NCBI GenBank assembly: GCA_977030845.1
Contig: OZ365112.1
Coordinates: forward strand, 35,216,001 to 35,280,000
Reading direction: 5' to 3'
DNA length: 64,000 nucleotides
DNA from: Fimbriosthenelais zetlandica
Lineage: Eukaryota
In this document: one piece after another, positions 62,531-64,000 of the stretch
Layout: every line of letters starts with the position of its first letter
How positions within the stretch are numbered: position 1 is the first letter of the stretch
Position numbers and translations under genes: made by a program
The notes under the pieces: model-generated
The model's database searches: none
The model's input: only the letters and a program-made list of their open reading frames with translations
What the model was told of the DNA's origin: nothing

Positions 62531-63418
62531 AGGTTTTTTTATATAAAATAGTGCTGGATATTTTTGTTAATTTGTCCTTGTTATAATTGCTGTCAAGACC
62601 TGCGAGTCACTGTAGATGGATGAGGGAAGGTGAGAAGCAAGTCCTAGGCTCAGTCCTGTATTCATTGATGTTGAGACAATGTTACAATATAGGCCTGTAT
62701 ACATATATTAAACTATAAGATGTTAATTAATATGAAGGTTTGCCAATCATTACTATAGAGAGATGATTCAATGTGAAAACAGATAATATTATTCCATGAA
62801 GAGATTTCCTGTAACTTACCATATAAGCTGATAAAACTTCTTGAAGTTTATACATTTTACTAGATACTAACAAAATTAAGTGATTATGCATTTTTGTAGT
62901 TTTCTTACGGTTGTTTGTTTACTTTTTGTACGTTACTAAAAAAAATCGTTATATGACACCGATAGTTTAAATCATCAATCAAAAACTCAGACAAGCTTAG
63001 TGCTTCCAAACATTTAAAAATGACGGGAATATTTATTTCCAAGATTCTGAATGGGATTGAAGAGGTTCATTTCATAAAGTGTCAGGCTCAGACGAAGGCC
63101 AAGGAAAAGTCAGTTTCTTGTCATGTTTTGAGTGTCTTATTAATATTAATATATGAGTATTTATTAATTATGAATACTAAAATGGTATTTTAATAGTGAC
63201 ATGCATAGAAAAAGCAATTCTCCATGGGAAATAAATTGAAGGTTTAGGTTAAGGCAACATTTGGTAGAGCAAAGTTCAATGAATAATGTACACTTAAATT
63301 TGTTTCATGTCACCCGTAAATTCCATTTATTTTTTGGCCTGACAATCCCTGGCAAAGCGGATTATGGTAAGCAGGTTACTCTTGTAACTATGGACAAGCT
63401 ACTTACCTGACCATTAGC

Positions 63419-63604
63419 AACCAATCAGGGACGGCGTAACAATGAGAGACCAATGAACGTGCTACTAACAAACTGAGAAAGCCTGGACAAGGGAGACTTG
63501 GGTTATAAAATGCAGGTCTGAGTAGTCCAAACCACAAAGCCCACGTTTCGCAGCACATTAAGCTACTGGTGTGATCTCTGTAACTTCTGAAAAAAACCTT
63601 CAAC
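63419..63604 (+). promoter_or_regulatory. Alpha-tubulin promoter and 5' UTR
   Basis: CCAAT near 63421 and 63450; TATAAAA near 63504; CAACATG start context. Confidence 0.7.
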
Positions 63605-63985
<381 letters not shown>

Positions 63986-64000
63986 TAATTTGAAATGGAT

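Noticed and set aside
63364-63372. Alternative tubulin exon 1 (ATG/GTAAGC)
   Set aside because: It lies upstream of the CCAAT/TATA elements; ATG 63605 has better context and donor.

Overview
Eukaryotic (metazoan) genomic DNA. The conserved alpha-tubulin intron layout, CpG decay in repeats and the transposon families suggest a marine invertebrate, but the taxon is an inference. Roughly the first 56 kb is a dense mosaic of short, decayed transposon fragments: several lineages of env-bearing Ty3/Gypsy LTR retroelements (gag, protease, RT, integrase, F-like env, LTRs, PBS, PPT), P-element/THAP9-type transposases, KDZ/HMGXB3-like transposase pieces, a hAT fragment, a tyrosine-recombinase fragment, a NADAR-domain pseudogene, RING-finger pseudogenes, MITEs and an (ATTC)n-tailed retroposon. 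A near-perfect 2.84-kb tandem duplication is also present. The last ~4 kb hold tRNA-Gly(GCC), initiator tRNA-Met, a LINE 3' end and the 5' part of an alpha-tubulin gene. The most striking property is orientation: about 30 coding fragments from unrelated transposon superfamilies all read on the + strand, with about one on the - strand. This resembles a uni-strand, flamenco-like piRNA source locus. Also notable are an Env C-terminus that looks like a second, separately cleaved membrane protein and a conserved small accessory ORF family in the Gypsy elements. All protein-family calls come from motif recognition by eye; no searches were run, and fragment boundaries are approximate.
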